The notes beneath the pieces are model-generated. The model was not told the DNA's origin. It made no database searches and saw nothing but the letters and a program-made list of their open reading frames with translations. Of a stretch of 64,000 nucleotides of DNA, positions 1-10,959 are shown piece after piece (position 1 is the first letter of the stretch; each line of letters begins with the position of its first letter). The stretch is from assembly GCA_963707635.1 (NCBI GenBank), contig OY970173.1, positions 2,272,001 through 2,336,000 of the forward strand, in the 5' to 3' direction. A program made the translations under genes and the position numbers. The stretch is from Candidatus Latescibacterota bacterium (GTDB lineage Bacteria; Krumholzibacteriota; Krumholzibacteriia; WVZY01; JAKEHA01).

Positions 1-254
1 AGCATTTTCTTGCACACGGCGACGGCGTTGTTGTGGAGTCCGACCCGCGTGTACTCGTCGACCGCGCGCACGAAGCTGTCGTACGCGTCCGGCTTCTGAT
101 TGGTCTTGAGGTAGAGATCCGCGAGCTCGTTGTGAACGTTCGGGTTGTTCTGGTCCAGCTCGACGAGGCGCTTGTACTCCTTGATCGCGTTCGGCCAGTC
201 CTGGTCTCGAACGAGATCGAGCGCGCGCTTGCGGATGATCGTTGCCTTGCTCAC
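1..254 (-). CDS. TPR-repeat protein, 5' part (runs off the window start)
   Basis: Manual translation from GTG at 254: MSKATIIRKRALDLVRDQDWPNAIKEYKRLVELDQNNPNVHNELADLYLKT...; TPR-like helical pattern; purine-rich SD (GCGGGGAA) upstream; not in the ORF track. Confidence 0.7.
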   Translation of the reverse strand, partial: MSKATIIRKRALDLVRDQDWPNAIKEYKRLVELDQNNPNVHNELADLYLKTNQKPDAYDSFVRAVDEYTRVGLHNNAVAVCKKM

Positions 255-270
255 GTCGTTCCCCGCTTCG

Positions 271-1560
271 TCATGCCGCACGACCGGCGGGCTTCCATTC
301 GCGCCCGCCGACGAACACCCGGTCCACGGGATTGACACCGAAGTGGTTCGCCACTTCGCGATAGTCTTCGCAGCGCAGCACCAGAAAATCGGCGCGCTTG
401 CCCGGCTCCAGGCTGCCCACTTCGTGCTCACGACCGAGCACGAACGCCGGGTTCGAGGTCGCCATGGCGAACGCTTCCGCCGGCGAGAGCCGCATGTGCG
501 AGCAGGCGATCGCGATCATCATGGGCATCGACTCCGAGGTCGAGCTGCCCGGGTTGAAATCGGTGGCGACGGCGAGACGCATGCCGCGCTCGATCATCCT
601 TCGCGCCGGCGCGAACTCGAGCGACGGCAGTCCGAAGCTCGTCCCCGGCAGGAGGACGCCGAATACGCCGGCGGTCGCCATACGATCGATTCCCGTGTCA
701 CTGATCTTTTTCAGGTGGTCGGCCGAAACCGCGCCGATTTCCGCGGCCAGTGCAGCCGCCCCCGTGTCCGTCAACTCGTCGGCGTGGATCCGGGCCTTCA
801 GCCCAGCCCGAGCCCCGGACCGCAAGATTCGTTCCGTTTCTTCCCTTGAGAACGCTCCGACTTCGCAGAATACGTCGTTGAACTCGGCGAGGCCCTGTTG
901 TGCCACCGCCGGAATCATCTCCCGGATCAACCGCTCGACGTAGTCCTGCCGCGAAGATTGGTACTCCGGGGGGACCGCGTGTGCGCCGAGGAAGGTGGCG
1001 ACGATGGTCACCGGATAGACCGAAGCGAGCCGGCGGATCACGCGAAGCTGCTTCATCTCATGCTCGAGGTCAAGGCCGTAACCACTTTTGATTTCAATTG
1101 TTGTAGTCCCGTACCGAATCGCATTCTCCAGCCGGCTGGCGCTGGCGGCGAACAGCGCGTCCTCGGAAGTTTCGCGCAGATGCTCGACGCTTTTTGCGAT
1201 CCCCCCGCCGCGGGCGGCAATCTCCGCATAGGGCGTTCCAGCTACCCGCCATTCGTACTCGTCGAGGCGATAACGAGCAAAAACCAGGTGGGTGTGGCAG
1301 TCGACGAACCCGGGGGTCACCACCGCCCCGCCCGCATCGATGACGGTACACCCCGGCGCCGGGGTGACCGCGCGCAGGACGGCTTCTCGGGGCCCCGCAG
1401 CCAGCACGCGGCCGCCGGCCGCGGCGAGCGCGCCGTCGGCGACGATCGCGAGCTCCCGCAAGCCGGTGCCGGTCCGGGGCTTGCCGTCGGGGGTCGCCAG
1501 GGTTAACAGCTGGCCGCAGCCGGTGACGATCAGGTCGGCCGGTGGAGTCGTGGGAGTCAT
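271..1560 (-). CDS. hutI: Imidazolonepropionase
   Basis: PGFVDCHTHLVF, GTTTIEIKSGYGL, HADEL and ATDFNPGSS motifs; likely start ATG 1560 (MTPTT); next to hutU and hutH. Confidence 0.95.
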   Translation of the reverse strand: MTPTTPPADLIVTGCGQLLTLATPDGKPRTGTGLRELAIVADGALAAAGGRVLAAGPREAVLRAVTPAPGCTVIDAGGAVVTPGFVDCHTHLVFARYRLDEYEWRVAGTPYAEIAARGGGIAKSVEHLRETSEDALFAASASRLENAIRYGTTTIEIKSGYGLDLEHEMKQLRVIRRLASVYPVTIVATFLGAHAVPPEYQSSRQDYVERLIREMIPAVAQQGLAEFNDVFCEVGAFSREETERILRSGARAGLKARIHADELTDTGAAALAAEIGAVSADHLKKISDTGIDRMATAGVFGVLLPGTSFGLPSLEFAPARRMIERGMRLAVATDFNPGSSTSESMPMMIAIACSHMRLSPAEAFAMATSNPAFVLGREHEVGSLEPGKRADFLVLRCEDYREVANHFGVNPVDRVFVGGREWKPAGRAA

Positions 1561-1579
1561 GGCGGGTCGACCGTGGGAG

Positions 1580-3242
1580 TCAGCGCGGCCGCATCGGAAT
1601 GCGCACGCCGTCGCGGCGCGCGGCCTCGATGGCGAGTGGATAGCCGGCATCCGCGTGCCGGGCGATGCCCATCCCGGGGTCGCCGGTCAGACAACGGACC
1701 GCTTTCCGGCCCGCCTCGTCCGTCCCGTCGACCACCACCGCGAGTCCGGCGTGGATCGACAGCCCCATGCCCACGCCACCACCGTGGTGCACGGACACCC
1801 ACGCGGCTCCGTTGACGGCGTTCAAGAGCGCGTTCAAGATCGGCCAGTCGGCGACGGCATCGCTCCCGTCGCGCATCGCTTCCGTCTCGCGATACGGACT
1901 CGCGACGGATCCGCTGTCGAGATGGTCGCGGCCGATGACGACCGGCGCACCCACGCGTCCTTTCGCCACCAGGTCGTTGAGGCGCTCGCCGAAACGGGCA
2001 CGCTCGCCGTACTTGAGCCAGCAGATGCGCGCGGGCAGACCCTGGAACTGCACGCGCTCGCGCGCCAGCGCGATCCAGCGCGCCAGCGACGGGTTGGCGG
2101 GAAACAACTCGAGCACGAGATCGTCCGTGGCCGCGATGTCCTTCGCGTCGCCCGAGAGTGCCACCCAGCGGAACGGGCCGTATCCCTCGCAGAACAGCGG
2201 GCGGATGTACGCGGGTACGAATCCGGGGAACGCGAACGCGTCCGGATATCCCGCCTTCGCGGCCTGCCCGCGGATGTTGTTGCCGTAGTCGAACACCGCC
2301 GCCCCCGCGCGCTTGAACCCGACCATCGCCTCGACGTGCGCCACCATCGACTCGTACGCGCGCTCGACGTAGCGCTTCGGGTCGGTGCGGCGCAGCTCGG
2401 TCGCCGCCGCCACGTCCAGCCCGCGCGGCACGTACCCGTTGAGCGGGTCGTGCGCGGAGGTCTGGTCGGTGACCACGTCGACGTCGACGCCGCGCGCGAG
2501 CAACTCCGGAAACACATCAGCCGCGTTCCCGCACAGTCCGATGGAGAGCGGCCGGCCCGCCCGCTTGGCCGCCGTCGCCTGGCGCACCGCTTCGTCGACG
2601 TCGTCGACCATCACGTCCAGATAGCGCGTCTCGAGGCGCTTGCGGATGCGCGCCGGATCCACCTCGACCGCGATCACCACCCCTTCGTTCATCGTCACCG
2701 ACAGGGGCTGCGCGCCACCCATTCCTCCCAACCCCCCGGTCAGGACCAGGCGGCCGCGCAGCGAGCCCTGGAATTCCTGCCGCGCGCAGGCCGCGAAGGT
2801 CTCGAACGTGCCCTGCAGGATGCCCTGCGTGCCGATGTACATCCAGCTCCCGGCCGTCATCTGGCCGTACATCATCAGCCCCTTGGACTCGAGCTCCCAG
2901 AAGTGCTCCCACGTCGCCCACGCGGGAACCAGGAGCGAATTCGCGATCAGCACGCGCGGGGCGCCGGGGTGGGTGGGAAACACGGCGACCGGTTTTCCCG
3001 ACTGGACCAGCAGGGTCTCGTCGTCGCGAAGCTCGCGCAGGGTATCCACGATGGCGTGGAACGACTCCCAGTCGCGCGCCGCCTTCCCGCGCCCGCCGTA
3101 CACCACCAGGTTGGCGGGGTCTTCGCCGACGTCGTTGTCGAGGTTGTTGCACAGCATCCGCAGCGCCGCCTCCTGCGCCCATCCCTTGCACTGGAGGTCG
3201 CGCCCGCGCGGCGCTCGAATGTCACCCGGTAGTGAATCGCAT
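1580..3242 (-). CDS. hutU: Urocanate hydratase (apparent +1 indel near 3225-3227 just after the start codon)
   Basis: [46 protein letters not shown] and HHGGGVGMG motifs. The ATG at 3242 has a GGAG SD but is out of frame by one base. Confidence 0.93.
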
Positions 3243-3257
3243 GGTTCTCCCCGCCGT

Positions 3258-4799
3258 CTACGCGTCGCGCGGCAGGAGTGCCCCGACTTCCCTCTCCACC
3301 GCGGCGAGCACGTCGCCGTCGCGGACGCGGGTCTCGACCACGGCCAGATGTCCGGACAGTACCGCATCCTTCTCCATGAACGGCACCAGTGCCCGCACCG
3401 CCGTGTGCGCTGCCGCGACCCCGCGGCCGGGGCGCAGCGGGCGGTGGAAATCCAGCGCCTGCGCGCCGCACACCAGCTCGACCGCCACCACCCGCGCCAC
3501 GTTGTCCAGCACGCGCCCCACCTTCAGCGCCGAGATGCTGCCCATGCTCACGTGGTCTTCGAAACCCATCGAGGTCGGGATCGTGTCCACCGACGCAGGA
3601 TGCGCGTGCACTTTGTTCTCGCTCACCAGCGCCGCCGCCAGATACTGCGTGATCATGAAGCCCGAGTTGAGCCCCGGGTTTGGGATCAGGCAGCGCGGTA
3701 CCTTCTCCCCGTCGCCCTCCATCAATCTGTCCACGCGCCGTTCCGCGATCGCGGCGATCTCGCTCGCCGCGATGGCCAGCGCGTCGAGTGCGATCGCCAT
3801 GTGCTCACCGTGAAAATTTCCGCCGGAGATCACGTCGCCGTCGTCGGGAAACACCAGCGGATTGTCGGTGGCGGCGTTGATCTCGCGCACGATCCATGTC
3901 TCGATCCAGGCGAGCGTGTCGGCAACGGCGCCGAGCACCTGCGGGATGCAGCGGAACGAATACGGGTCCTGCACACGGTCGCAGTCCCGGTGCGCGCGGA
4001 TGATTTCGCTGCCCTCGTGCAGGCGGCGAAACGCCGCCGCGACCCGGCCCTGTCCGGGGTGGGGTTTGAGCGCGTGGATGCGGGGGTCGAAGACGCGGTC
4101 GGTGGCCTGGTAGGCTTCCAGCGCCATCGCGGCACCGGCGAATGAGGTTGCCAGCAGAGAGCGCGCGCGGCGCGTCTCGCGCACCGCGAAGGCGCTCATG
4201 AGCTGGGTGCCGTTGATGAGCGCGAGTCCTTCCTTCGGGCGCAGCGCGAGCGGCGAGAGCCCCTCCATCGCCAGCGCTTCCCGCGCAGCGACCACGCGCC
4301 CGCGATACCGGACCTCGCCCTCGCCGATCAACGCGAGCGACATGTGCGCCAGCGGGGCCAGATCGCCGCTGGCGCCCACCGACCCGTACGAGGGGACGCA
4401 CGGCGTCACCCCCCGGTTGACGAGCTCGAGCAGGCGCAGGACCAGCGCCTCCGACGCCCCCGAGTTCCCCACCAGCAGGGAATTCGCGCGCAGCACCATC
4501 ATCAGGCGCACGACCTCGTCGTCGAGCAGGGGCCCGAGCGCCGCCGCGTGGCTCCGAATCAGGTTGTGCTGGAGGTCAGCGGCCTCGTCCGGGCGGATGC
4601 GCGTGCGCGCCAGCTTACCGAAGCCGGTGTTGATTCCATAGTGGGGTGAGTCGCTCTGGGCGAGGTGCTCGCAGTACGCGGCGCAACGCCGCACGCGTTC
4701 CATCGCGACCGGCGCGGCCTCGACGCGCACGCCGCCGGCGACGAAGGCGTCGAGGTCGGGCAGGCGCAGGCTGGATCCGTCTAGCGAAAGTGTGCGCAT
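3258..4799 (-). CDS. hutH: Histidine ammonia-lyase
   Basis: [20 protein letters not shown] (MIO-forming ASG), [18 protein letters not shown] and NAATDNP motifs. Confidence 0.96.
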   Translation of the reverse strand: MRTLSLDGSSLRLPDLDAFVAGGVRVEAAPVAMERVRRCAAYCEHLAQSDSPHYGINTGFGKLARTRIRPDEAADLQHNLIRSHAAALGPLLDDEVVRLMMVLRANSLLVGNSGASEALVLRLLELVNRGVTPCVPSYGSVGASGDLAPLAHMSLALIGEGEVRYRGRVVAAREALAMEGLSPLALRPKEGLALINGTQLMSAFAVRETRRARSLLATSFAGAAMALEAYQATDRVFDPRIHALKPHPGQGRVAAAFRRLHEGSEIIRAHRDCDRVQDPYSFRCIPQVLGAVADTLAWIETWIVREINAATDNPLVFPDDGDVISGGNFHGEHMAIALDALAIAASEIAAIAERRVDRLMEGDGEKVPRCLIPNPGLNSGFMITQYLAAALVSENKVHAHPASVDTIPTSMGFEDHVSMGSISALKVGRVLDNVARVVAVELVCGAQALDFHRPLRPGRGVAAAHTAVRALVPFMEKDAVLSGHLAVVETRVRDGDVLAAVEREVGALLPRDA

Positions 4800-4874
4800 G
4801 GGAGGGTCCCCGCTATCCTACCACCGGGACGCGGCGCGTTCCTAGTGCGCATTGCGCCGCCGCTGCGACGAGCA

Positions 4875-6590
4875 CTAGAAGTTCTGTTCCAGCAGGACGT
4901 GGATCTTGGTCTGTTGCAGGGAAACCCCGTCCGAGACCGCGAAGCTCAAATCGATGCGGCCCACGCGGGACACGCTGCGCACTCCAAATCCCCACCCGGC
5001 GAGTCCGAGGCGCTCGAGGGTGACGCCGCCGTCCGTCGTCGGCTGCTCCTGCTGAACGCTCCCGCCGTCGAAAAACACATACAGCCCTTCGCGCGGCGTG
5101 CGCCCGAGGCGCAGTTCGTTGCGCGCATAGGCGACGTGACGGCCGTGGAACTGATTCTCGCGGTAGCCGCGCACGGTGCGGGCGCCGCCGACGTAGAACT
5201 GCTCCGGCAGCGGCACCGACGCCTCGTCCGTCTGCAGCCAGTCCACCCGGGCGTCGAGCGCGTAGTTCAGCGACCGCCACACGGGAACGACGGCGACCAG
5301 CGCGCCGTCGTAGATGGTCTGGCGTACGTCGGCGGGGCCGCTGAACTCGGTGCGGTAAGTGTTGCTCTTGGTCGCGAAAGTGACGGCCGCTTCGAGGTTC
5401 CCGTAACCGCCGCGCCGTTCGCTGCCGCGCAGCGCGCTCGCCCCCAGGCGCGCGCGCCAGCGCGTCGAGCGCACGAGCTCCCCGCTGCTGTATACATTTC
5501 TATCGCCGAACGCGCCCACCCGGGCGCCGAGCAATGTCCCCATGGCGCGCCCCACGTTACGCGACAGGTCCACGCCCGCGGATTGCCACGTGTAGAGCGT
5601 GTCCTGTCCGACCTGCTCCAGGCGCAGGCCGGCTTCGAGACGCCGCCCGAAAAACAGCCGGTCGCGATAGCGGATGTGGGTTTCGTTTCTTCCCGCCCCG
5701 TCGTTCATCCACAACACGCCCAGGTCTTTGAGCGTCCCGCCGATGTTGTTCAAGTCGAGCTGCACCAGTCCGCTGAGCGTGCGGTTCCCGCCCGCCTCCG
5801 CCGACGCATACCCGAGCGCGCCCGCAAAGGTGTGTGCCCGCTCGGGCTCGTCGACGTGGAGGACGGCGTCGACGCCCTGCCCGTCCGCGGACACGCGTAC
5901 GGTGGGGTAGTCGACCTCGGTGAATACGCCGCTGGCCGTGAGGCGCAGAAACGCGTCTTCGAGCACCTGTGCGCGATAGGCGGTGCCCGCTTCGATCCCC
6001 GAGATCTTGACGGCGAGCGGCTTCTTGGTCTTCCGGAGCCCCTCGACCACCACCGACGACACCGTGCGCGGCGTTCCCTCCACGATCGTGAGCGCCAGGT
6101 CGACCGCCGCGCTGTCCGCGTCGATGCCCACGCTGTCGACCCAGACCTGCGCGAACGGAAGGCCCGCGCCGTCGTAATCGGCCAGCAGTTCCGCAATGCG
6201 GCCGGAGAGCTCCCGCGGAGCGAAGGGAACCCCGGCCTCGAGGCGCAGGTCGCGGCGAATCTCGGCCTCGGGCCGCGTCGACATGCCCGCCACGCGCACG
6301 CGCCGCACGCGCGCCACCTCGCCTTCCTCGATCAGAACCGTGTGCGACGAATCCGGCTCGACGCGGACCGAGACGGTCGCGAACAGGCGTCCGCTTTCGA
6401 AGTACGAGTCTTGCAGCGCCCGGATCGCGCGCGGGTCGGGGAATCCGTTGGCGCGCAACACGGCCGCCGCGTGCTCCGCTGTCATGGAGCGCGCGCCGAT
6501 CACGCGCAGGCCCGCTCCCCACGCGGGGCCGGGCCCGGCCGCGACGGCGGCCAGCCCGGCGAAAGCGACGATGCGAGAGAGCGTGCGCAT
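4875..6590 (-). CDS. Omp85 (BamA/TamA) family outer-membrane protein with POTRA domains
   Basis: Signal peptide from ATG 6590 (MRTLSRIV...AWG), POTRA-like repeats (Y...G.PFAQV, VVVEGL), GGARTVRGY lid motif, terminal Phe. Confidence 0.85.
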   Translation of the reverse strand: MRTLSRIVAFAGLAAVAAGPGPAWGAGLRVIGARSMTAEHAAAVLRANGFPDPRAIRALQDSYFESGRLFATVSVRVEPDSSHTVLIEEGEVARVRRVRVAGMSTRPEAEIRRDLRLEAGVPFAPRELSGRIAELLADYDGAGLPFAQVWVDSVGIDADSAAVDLALTIVEGTPRTVSSVVVEGLRKTKKPLAVKISGIEAGTAYRAQVLEDAFLRLTASGVFTEVDYPTVRVSADGQGVDAVLHVDEPERAHTFAGALGYASAEAGGNRTLSGLVQLDLNNIGGTLKDLGVLWMNDGAGRNETHIRYRDRLFFGRRLEAGLRLEQVGQDTLYTWQSAGVDLSRNVGRAMGTLLGARVGAFGDRNVYSSGELVRSTRWRARLGASALRGSERRGGYGNLEAAVTFATKSNTYRTEFSGPADVRQTIYDGALVAVVPVWRSLNYALDARVDWLQTDEASVPLPEQFYVGGARTVRGYRENQFHGRHVAYARNELRLGRTPREGLYVFFDGGSVQQEQPTTDGGVTLERLGLAGWGFGVRSVSRVGRIDLSFAVSDGVSLQQTKIHVLLEQNF

Positions 6591-9500
6591 CAAAAGTAGG
6601 CCCGGGTCTCCAGCCGGAATTCGTGTTCGGTGACGCGCCGGCCGGAGAATACCGTCTCGTTGCGGCCGGAGTACGTGCCGTAGACCGAGATGATCTTCGA
6701 AATCCGGAGATTCGCGGTCGCACTCCACGTGTGCGAGGTCCCGGGTCGCGAAAACACGATCGGCTGCACCGGGACCTCGTTGAGCGCGGTCACCCGCGCA
6801 AGCTCATAGGTCGCGAACACGTTGATCTGCTCGGCGAGCCGCCACACCAGCCGTGGCTGCAGGCGCAGCGAGCGTTGCTCGGCGCCCGACTCGTCGTCCT
6901 GGCTCGTGGAACCCTTGAGGTCCAGGTCCAGGGTCGCGCCGGGATAGAGCACGACCCCGAGCCCTCCGAGCCCCGTCCATTCGTCGACGTCGTAGCTGCT
7001 GCCCGTCCCGGCGGGGATCCCTTCCCCGCCCCGCACCTCCCGCCGGTTGCCCGCTTCGGCGGTGGCGGTGAGCCGCGCCGAGAGCGAGCGCGAGAATCGC
7101 AGCACGCGCTCGCCAAAATACACGTTCTCGCGGATGCCTTCGAAGCGGTTGTCTTCGCGGTCCTCGCGCAGGTAGCGAAACGTGAGCGACACGTTCTTGT
7201 ATCCGTCCAGAAACGACCAGTCCTGGCGCAGCGTCGTGCTCCCGTAGACGGTCGCGTCGTCGCGCTGCAGCGCCGACGGCAGCAGCAGGTAGATTTCCCA
7301 CGCCGGTTCGTAGGTGGACTCCTCCTTGACCCCCATCGTCAGGTCGAGGGAGACGTTGCGCGCGATCCAGTTCCCCGCGCTCGTCCGGTGTGAGGGCTTC
7401 CAGATCGCGCGCAGGTTGAAACCAACCGCGTGCACGGGCGTGGTCTCCGGCGTCGGCAGGTAGATGACCGTGAACGCACCCTTGTTCTTGCCGACCGGCT
7501 CGCCGAATTCGTTGTAGTCCCCTTTCCCCTCGCCGACGAACACGACCGACTTCTGCTGCTCCACGGCGTCGTTCTGGCTGATCTCGTAGTCCGCGTCGGC
7601 GCGCAGCCCGATGGGCTCCCACGCGCTTCCCGCCTTCAGACGGGCCAGGTCGGTGTTGTGCGCCCCGCCGGATGCGAGATCCTCCTCGCGCCGGTGGGTG
7701 AGCTGCAGCTCCGCCTGGGTAGCGCCGCGCGACCGGTACGCGAGCCCGCCCCCGACGGTGTCATCGCGGCGACTGCCGACCCACGCCTCGGTCACCGGGT
7801 CTACCACATCGGTCTCGCGCCGCTCCGCGTCCACATGCCAGCTCAGGCGTTCTGCGCGGCGGCTGGAGAGACGCGCCCCCACGAGCGCGTACGCCTGTCC
7901 GCTGTCCGCGCTCGCCTCGTAGGTGTTGCGGTACTCCTCGGTGCCGAACGACAGCGCGGGGACCACGGCCCAAACTCCGTAGGCGGCATCGGCGGTCAGG
8001 CTGCGGCGTGTGCGCACATTGCCGGTCGCCTCGGTGTCGCTCACCAGACCGCGCGCCGACATCCCCCGGTCCGACAGACTCCCGCTGGTGAGCGTCGCTT
8101 CGTTCTTGATCCCCGTGAAGGTGCTGCGCTCGAGGCGACCGAGTGTGTAGCGCGCCCCGATGCGCGACGCGCGCGCGGCGCTGACACTCATCTCCTGCGT
8201 GGTCTCCCGCCCCACCAGCGCCACGTCCTCGAGGTTCCAGTCCTTGTAGTAGAACCACGGTCGCGCGCGGTCGAAACTCTGGAAGCGATCCTCGAGCAGG
8301 CTGGCCGCACCCGCGATTCCCAGCCGCCAGTCGCCCGCGCGGGTGTACCCGGCGCGCACCTGTCCGGCCTGGCCGACGTTGTCGTCGTCGTCCAGGGGCG
8401 AGAACAGGTTTCGGTCGTGGTCGCTCACGTTCCACTCGGCGTCGAAGGTGAGCGCGCCGTTTTCACGGGCCACGCGCGCGGTCACCAGGTCGACCCGCTC
8501 CGGCAGCGGGAGTTGCTGCCCCACCTGATAATCGCCGGCGTCCGCACCGACGAACTGGTAGTAGGTGATGCCGCGCGGCGAGACCCCCGCCCGCCGGTAG
8601 TCACCGCCGGAACCGACTTCGACGAACGACACCAGCAGGTCACCGTTGAGCTCGTCGAACAGGTAGTAGGCGGGAGCGCCCGATACCGTGTCGGCCGGGA
8701 CGAGGACGTAGTTGCCCTGACCCGAGTCGGCCGGGGTGACGCCGCCGGTGAGCGCCGCGCTGGCGTCGTCGCCCGCAGCCGCCAGCACGCTGCGGTCGGC
8801 GTCCGAGAGCACGACGGTCTTGGGCCGTCCGTCGTCGTCGCTCTCGCGCGCAAACATCAGCCCCAGCCCCACTCCCTTTCCGAGCGCCACTTTTTCCGCG
8901 GCGGCGAGCACGGTGGCGCGGTCGTATTTCTCCGCGGTCACTTCGAAGTCGACCGCGATCTCGGTGTCGGTGGTGATGAGCCGGCGGGGCGTGAACGAGA
9001 CCACCCCTGCGTCGTAGTCGATCACGTAGTCGCGATTGGGGCCGCGTTCGGCGCGCTGCCCGTCGATGTAGACACGCTCGGTCCCGGCGATGATGACTTC
9101 CGGCGTGTTGCGGGCGAGCGAGAGGAGCGCGTACGGTCCCTGCAGGCCGGTGGTGCCGCGAAACTGGATGGTGCGAAACTCGCCCTTGGTCTCCGCCGCC
9201 GCCGCCGTCACCCGCCCGCGCGCGTTCCACAACGCCCCGGAGAACCCGCGCAGCTGGCGCGTGATCGCGGAAAACGAGGACGTGCGGTTGTCGACCGACA
9301 GATCCCCCACCGCGGCGCGCGCGTTGGGACCCTCCACCTCGACGAACACCCGGTCGAAATACTCGAGCTCCTCGGTATTGCCCTGCGGCTGGATCGGGAG
9401 GTTGTTGTCGGAGAGGAGTGCGCGCACCTTGATGGTCGGCGTCAGCCGTCCCTCGACCGTCGCTTCGAGCGACTGGTCGAGCGTCGAGCCGCGGTTGGTG

Positions 9501-9982
9501 CCGGTCGAAAACGAGACCGACTTGGTGCCGCCGAACATCAGGTCGGGGGCGGTGCCGGATTCGTCGCGCGGGCGCGCCGCCACGACGCTCCCGGCGACCG
9601 GCTCGGCGGCCTCGGGCCGCGACACCTCGGCGGGCCGGAGCGTGTACACCGGCGCCATCAGCAGCGGGCGGCGCCGGTAGTGAACGACCACCACCGCGCC
9701 GGGAGGAATGTCGCCGAGGAGGCGGATCGTCCCCAGCAGCAGGTTGACCTGGTACAACTCCGGCGGCACGTCGGCGCCGTTGATGACCACCCGCACGCTC
9801 CCCGGAACCAGGAATGGGGATCGCAGCGCGGTGCGCACGCCGGGCTGGGCCGAGTGCAACGTGTCGGCCGCCTCGCCCCAGGTACGGTCGTCGTACACGC
9901 GTTCGCCCTGTGCGCGCGCGGACGGCGCCGTCGCGACGACGACCGCGGCGGCTAGACCGGCGAGCAGGGGTCGAAGCTGCAC
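6590..9982 (-). CDS. Large (1130 aa) exported protein, predicted outer-membrane beta-barrel, function unknown
   Basis: Signal peptide (..SARA-Q), many amphipathic beta-strands, C-terminal ETRAYF; stop overlaps the Omp85 start (TGATG). Confidence 0.75.
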   Translation of the reverse strand: MQLRPLLAGLAAAVVVATAPSARAQGERVYDDRTWGEAADTLHSAQPGVRTALRSPFLVPGSVRVVINGADVPPELYQVNLLLGTIRLLGDIPPGAVVVVHYRRRPLLMAPVYTLRPAEVSRPEAAEPVAGSVVAARPRDESGTAPDLMFGGTKSVSFSTGTNRGSTLDQSLEATVEGRLTPTIKVRALLSDNNLPIQPQGNTEELEYFDRVFVEVEGPNARAAVGDLSVDNRTSSFSAITRQLRGFSGALWNARGRVTAAAAETKGEFRTIQFRGTTGLQGPYALLSLARNTPEVIIAGTERVYIDGQRAERGPNRDYVIDYDAGVVSFTPRRLITTDTEIAVDFEVTAEKYDRATVLAAAEKVALGKGVGLGLMFARESDDDGRPKTVVLSDADRSVLAAAGDDASAALTGGVTPADSGQGNYVLVPADTVSGAPAYYLFDELNGDLLVSFVEVGSGGDYRRAGVSPRGITYYQFVGADAGDYQVGQQLPLPERVDLVTARVARENGALTFDAEWNVSDHDRNLFSPLDDDDNVGQAGQVRAGYTRAGDWRLGIAGAASLLEDRFQSFDRARPWFYYKDWNLEDVALVGRETTQEMSVSAARASRIGARYTLGRLERSTFTGIKNEATLTSGSLSDRGMSARGLVSDTEATGNVRTRRSLTADAAYGVWAVVPALSFGTEEYRNTYEASADSGQAYALVGARLSSRRAERLSWHVDAERRETDVVDPVTEAWVGSRRDDTVGGGLAYRSRGATQAELQLTHRREEDLASGGAHNTDLARLKAGSAWEPIGLRADADYEISQNDAVEQQKSVVFVGEGKGDYNEFGEPVGKNKGAFTVIYLPTPETTPVHAVGFNLRAIWKPSHRTSAGNWIARNVSLDLTMGVKEESTYEPAWEIYLLLPSALQRDDATVYGSTTLRQDWSFLDGYKNVSLTFRYLREDREDNRFEGIRENVYFGERVLRFSRSLSARLTATAEAGNRREVRGGEGIPAGTGSSYDVDEWTGLGGLGVVLYPGATLDLDLKGSTSQDDESGAEQRSLRLQPRLVWRLAEQINVFATYELARVTALNEVPVQPIVFSRPGTSHTWSATANLRISKIISVYGTYSGRNETVFSGRRVTEHEFRLETRAYF

Positions 9983-9998
9983 GCTGCCGTCGCGGATG

Positions 9999-10925
9999 CT
10001 ACATCACCTTGAGCGCGTGGACCACCTTGCGCGCGGTATCCGTCACGTAGAGAATGCCGTCGCGGCCGAGCGCGACGTCGGTCGGTTCGAAGGGCCCCGC
10101 GCCCCCGGGAACGAGCGCGCGCGCGAACGCGCCGTCGGAGCCGAATTCGAACACCCGGCGCGCGAGCGGGTCGGCCACGAACACGCGCCCGTCCTCGCCC
10201 ATCACCGCGCGCCGCGGGTGCCGCATCGGGTTCGGCGACCCGGGAGCGGGAATGACGCGCCGCGCCTGTCCCGCGTCGGAAAACACCTGCAGGCGGGCGT
10301 TGCCGGTGTCCGCGACCAGGAGCTCGCCGCGCGGGGTGAAGGAGACTCCCTGCGGCGTGTCGAGCTGTCCCGGGTACGAACCGTAGTTGCCGAAGGCAAC
10401 GTCGACATCCAGATAGCTGTCGAGGACGATGATCTGGTGGTTTTCGACGTCACTGACGGCGAGCCGGCCCGACGCGTCGACGTCCAGCCCGCACGGAGAG
10501 ACGCGTCGTCGCTCCGCGAGCTCTTCGAAGCTCAGGAGCACGTCGCGGTAGGAACCGCTGGAATCCCAGCGCAGCAGCATCCGGTTGGTCTCGTCCACCG
10601 CGTAGACGAAGAAACCGCGCACCGACACGTCGCTCGGCTGGAACGCCGGCCGCGCGGCCGGGGACTGGAACTCGGTGCACGCCTGCGCGCCGACGTCGTA
10701 GGCAACCAGCCGCGGCGGCGACGCGTCCGCCACGATGACGGTGCCGCCGAAGTCCAGGCACACCGCCACCGGCGAGCCCAGCACCACGCGATCGCACCGG
10801 AACTCGAGCGCGGCCGCAAGCGTGTCGGCGGGCGTGGAGGGCGTGGGGGCGGGATGGGTCGCGTCGCTCGCCGGCGCGCACGCCGCGGCGAGCCAGAAGC
10901 CGGTCCATGCCAGACGAAAACGCAT
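9999..10925 (-). CDS. NHL-repeat beta-propeller protein, possible lipoprotein
   Basis: PGQLDTPQGV..LLVADTGNARLQVF-type repeats; N-terminal LAAAC lipobox-like motif. Confidence 0.85.
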   Translation of the reverse strand: MRFRLAWTGFWLAAACAPASDATHPAPTPSTPADTLAAALEFRCDRVVLGSPVAVCLDFGGTVIVADASPPRLVAYDVGAQACTEFQSPAARPAFQPSDVSVRGFFVYAVDETNRMLLRWDSSGSYRDVLLSFEELAERRRVSPCGLDVDASGRLAVSDVENHQIIVLDSYLDVDVAFGNYGSYPGQLDTPQGVSFTPRGELLVADTGNARLQVFSDAGQARRVIPAPGSPNPMRHPRRAVMGEDGRVFVADPLARRVFEFGSDGAFARALVPGGAGPFEPTDVALGRDGILYVTDTARKVVHALKVM

Positions 10926-10959
10926 TGAATGGTCGCCGCCGCCCAAAGCGCTGCGCCGG

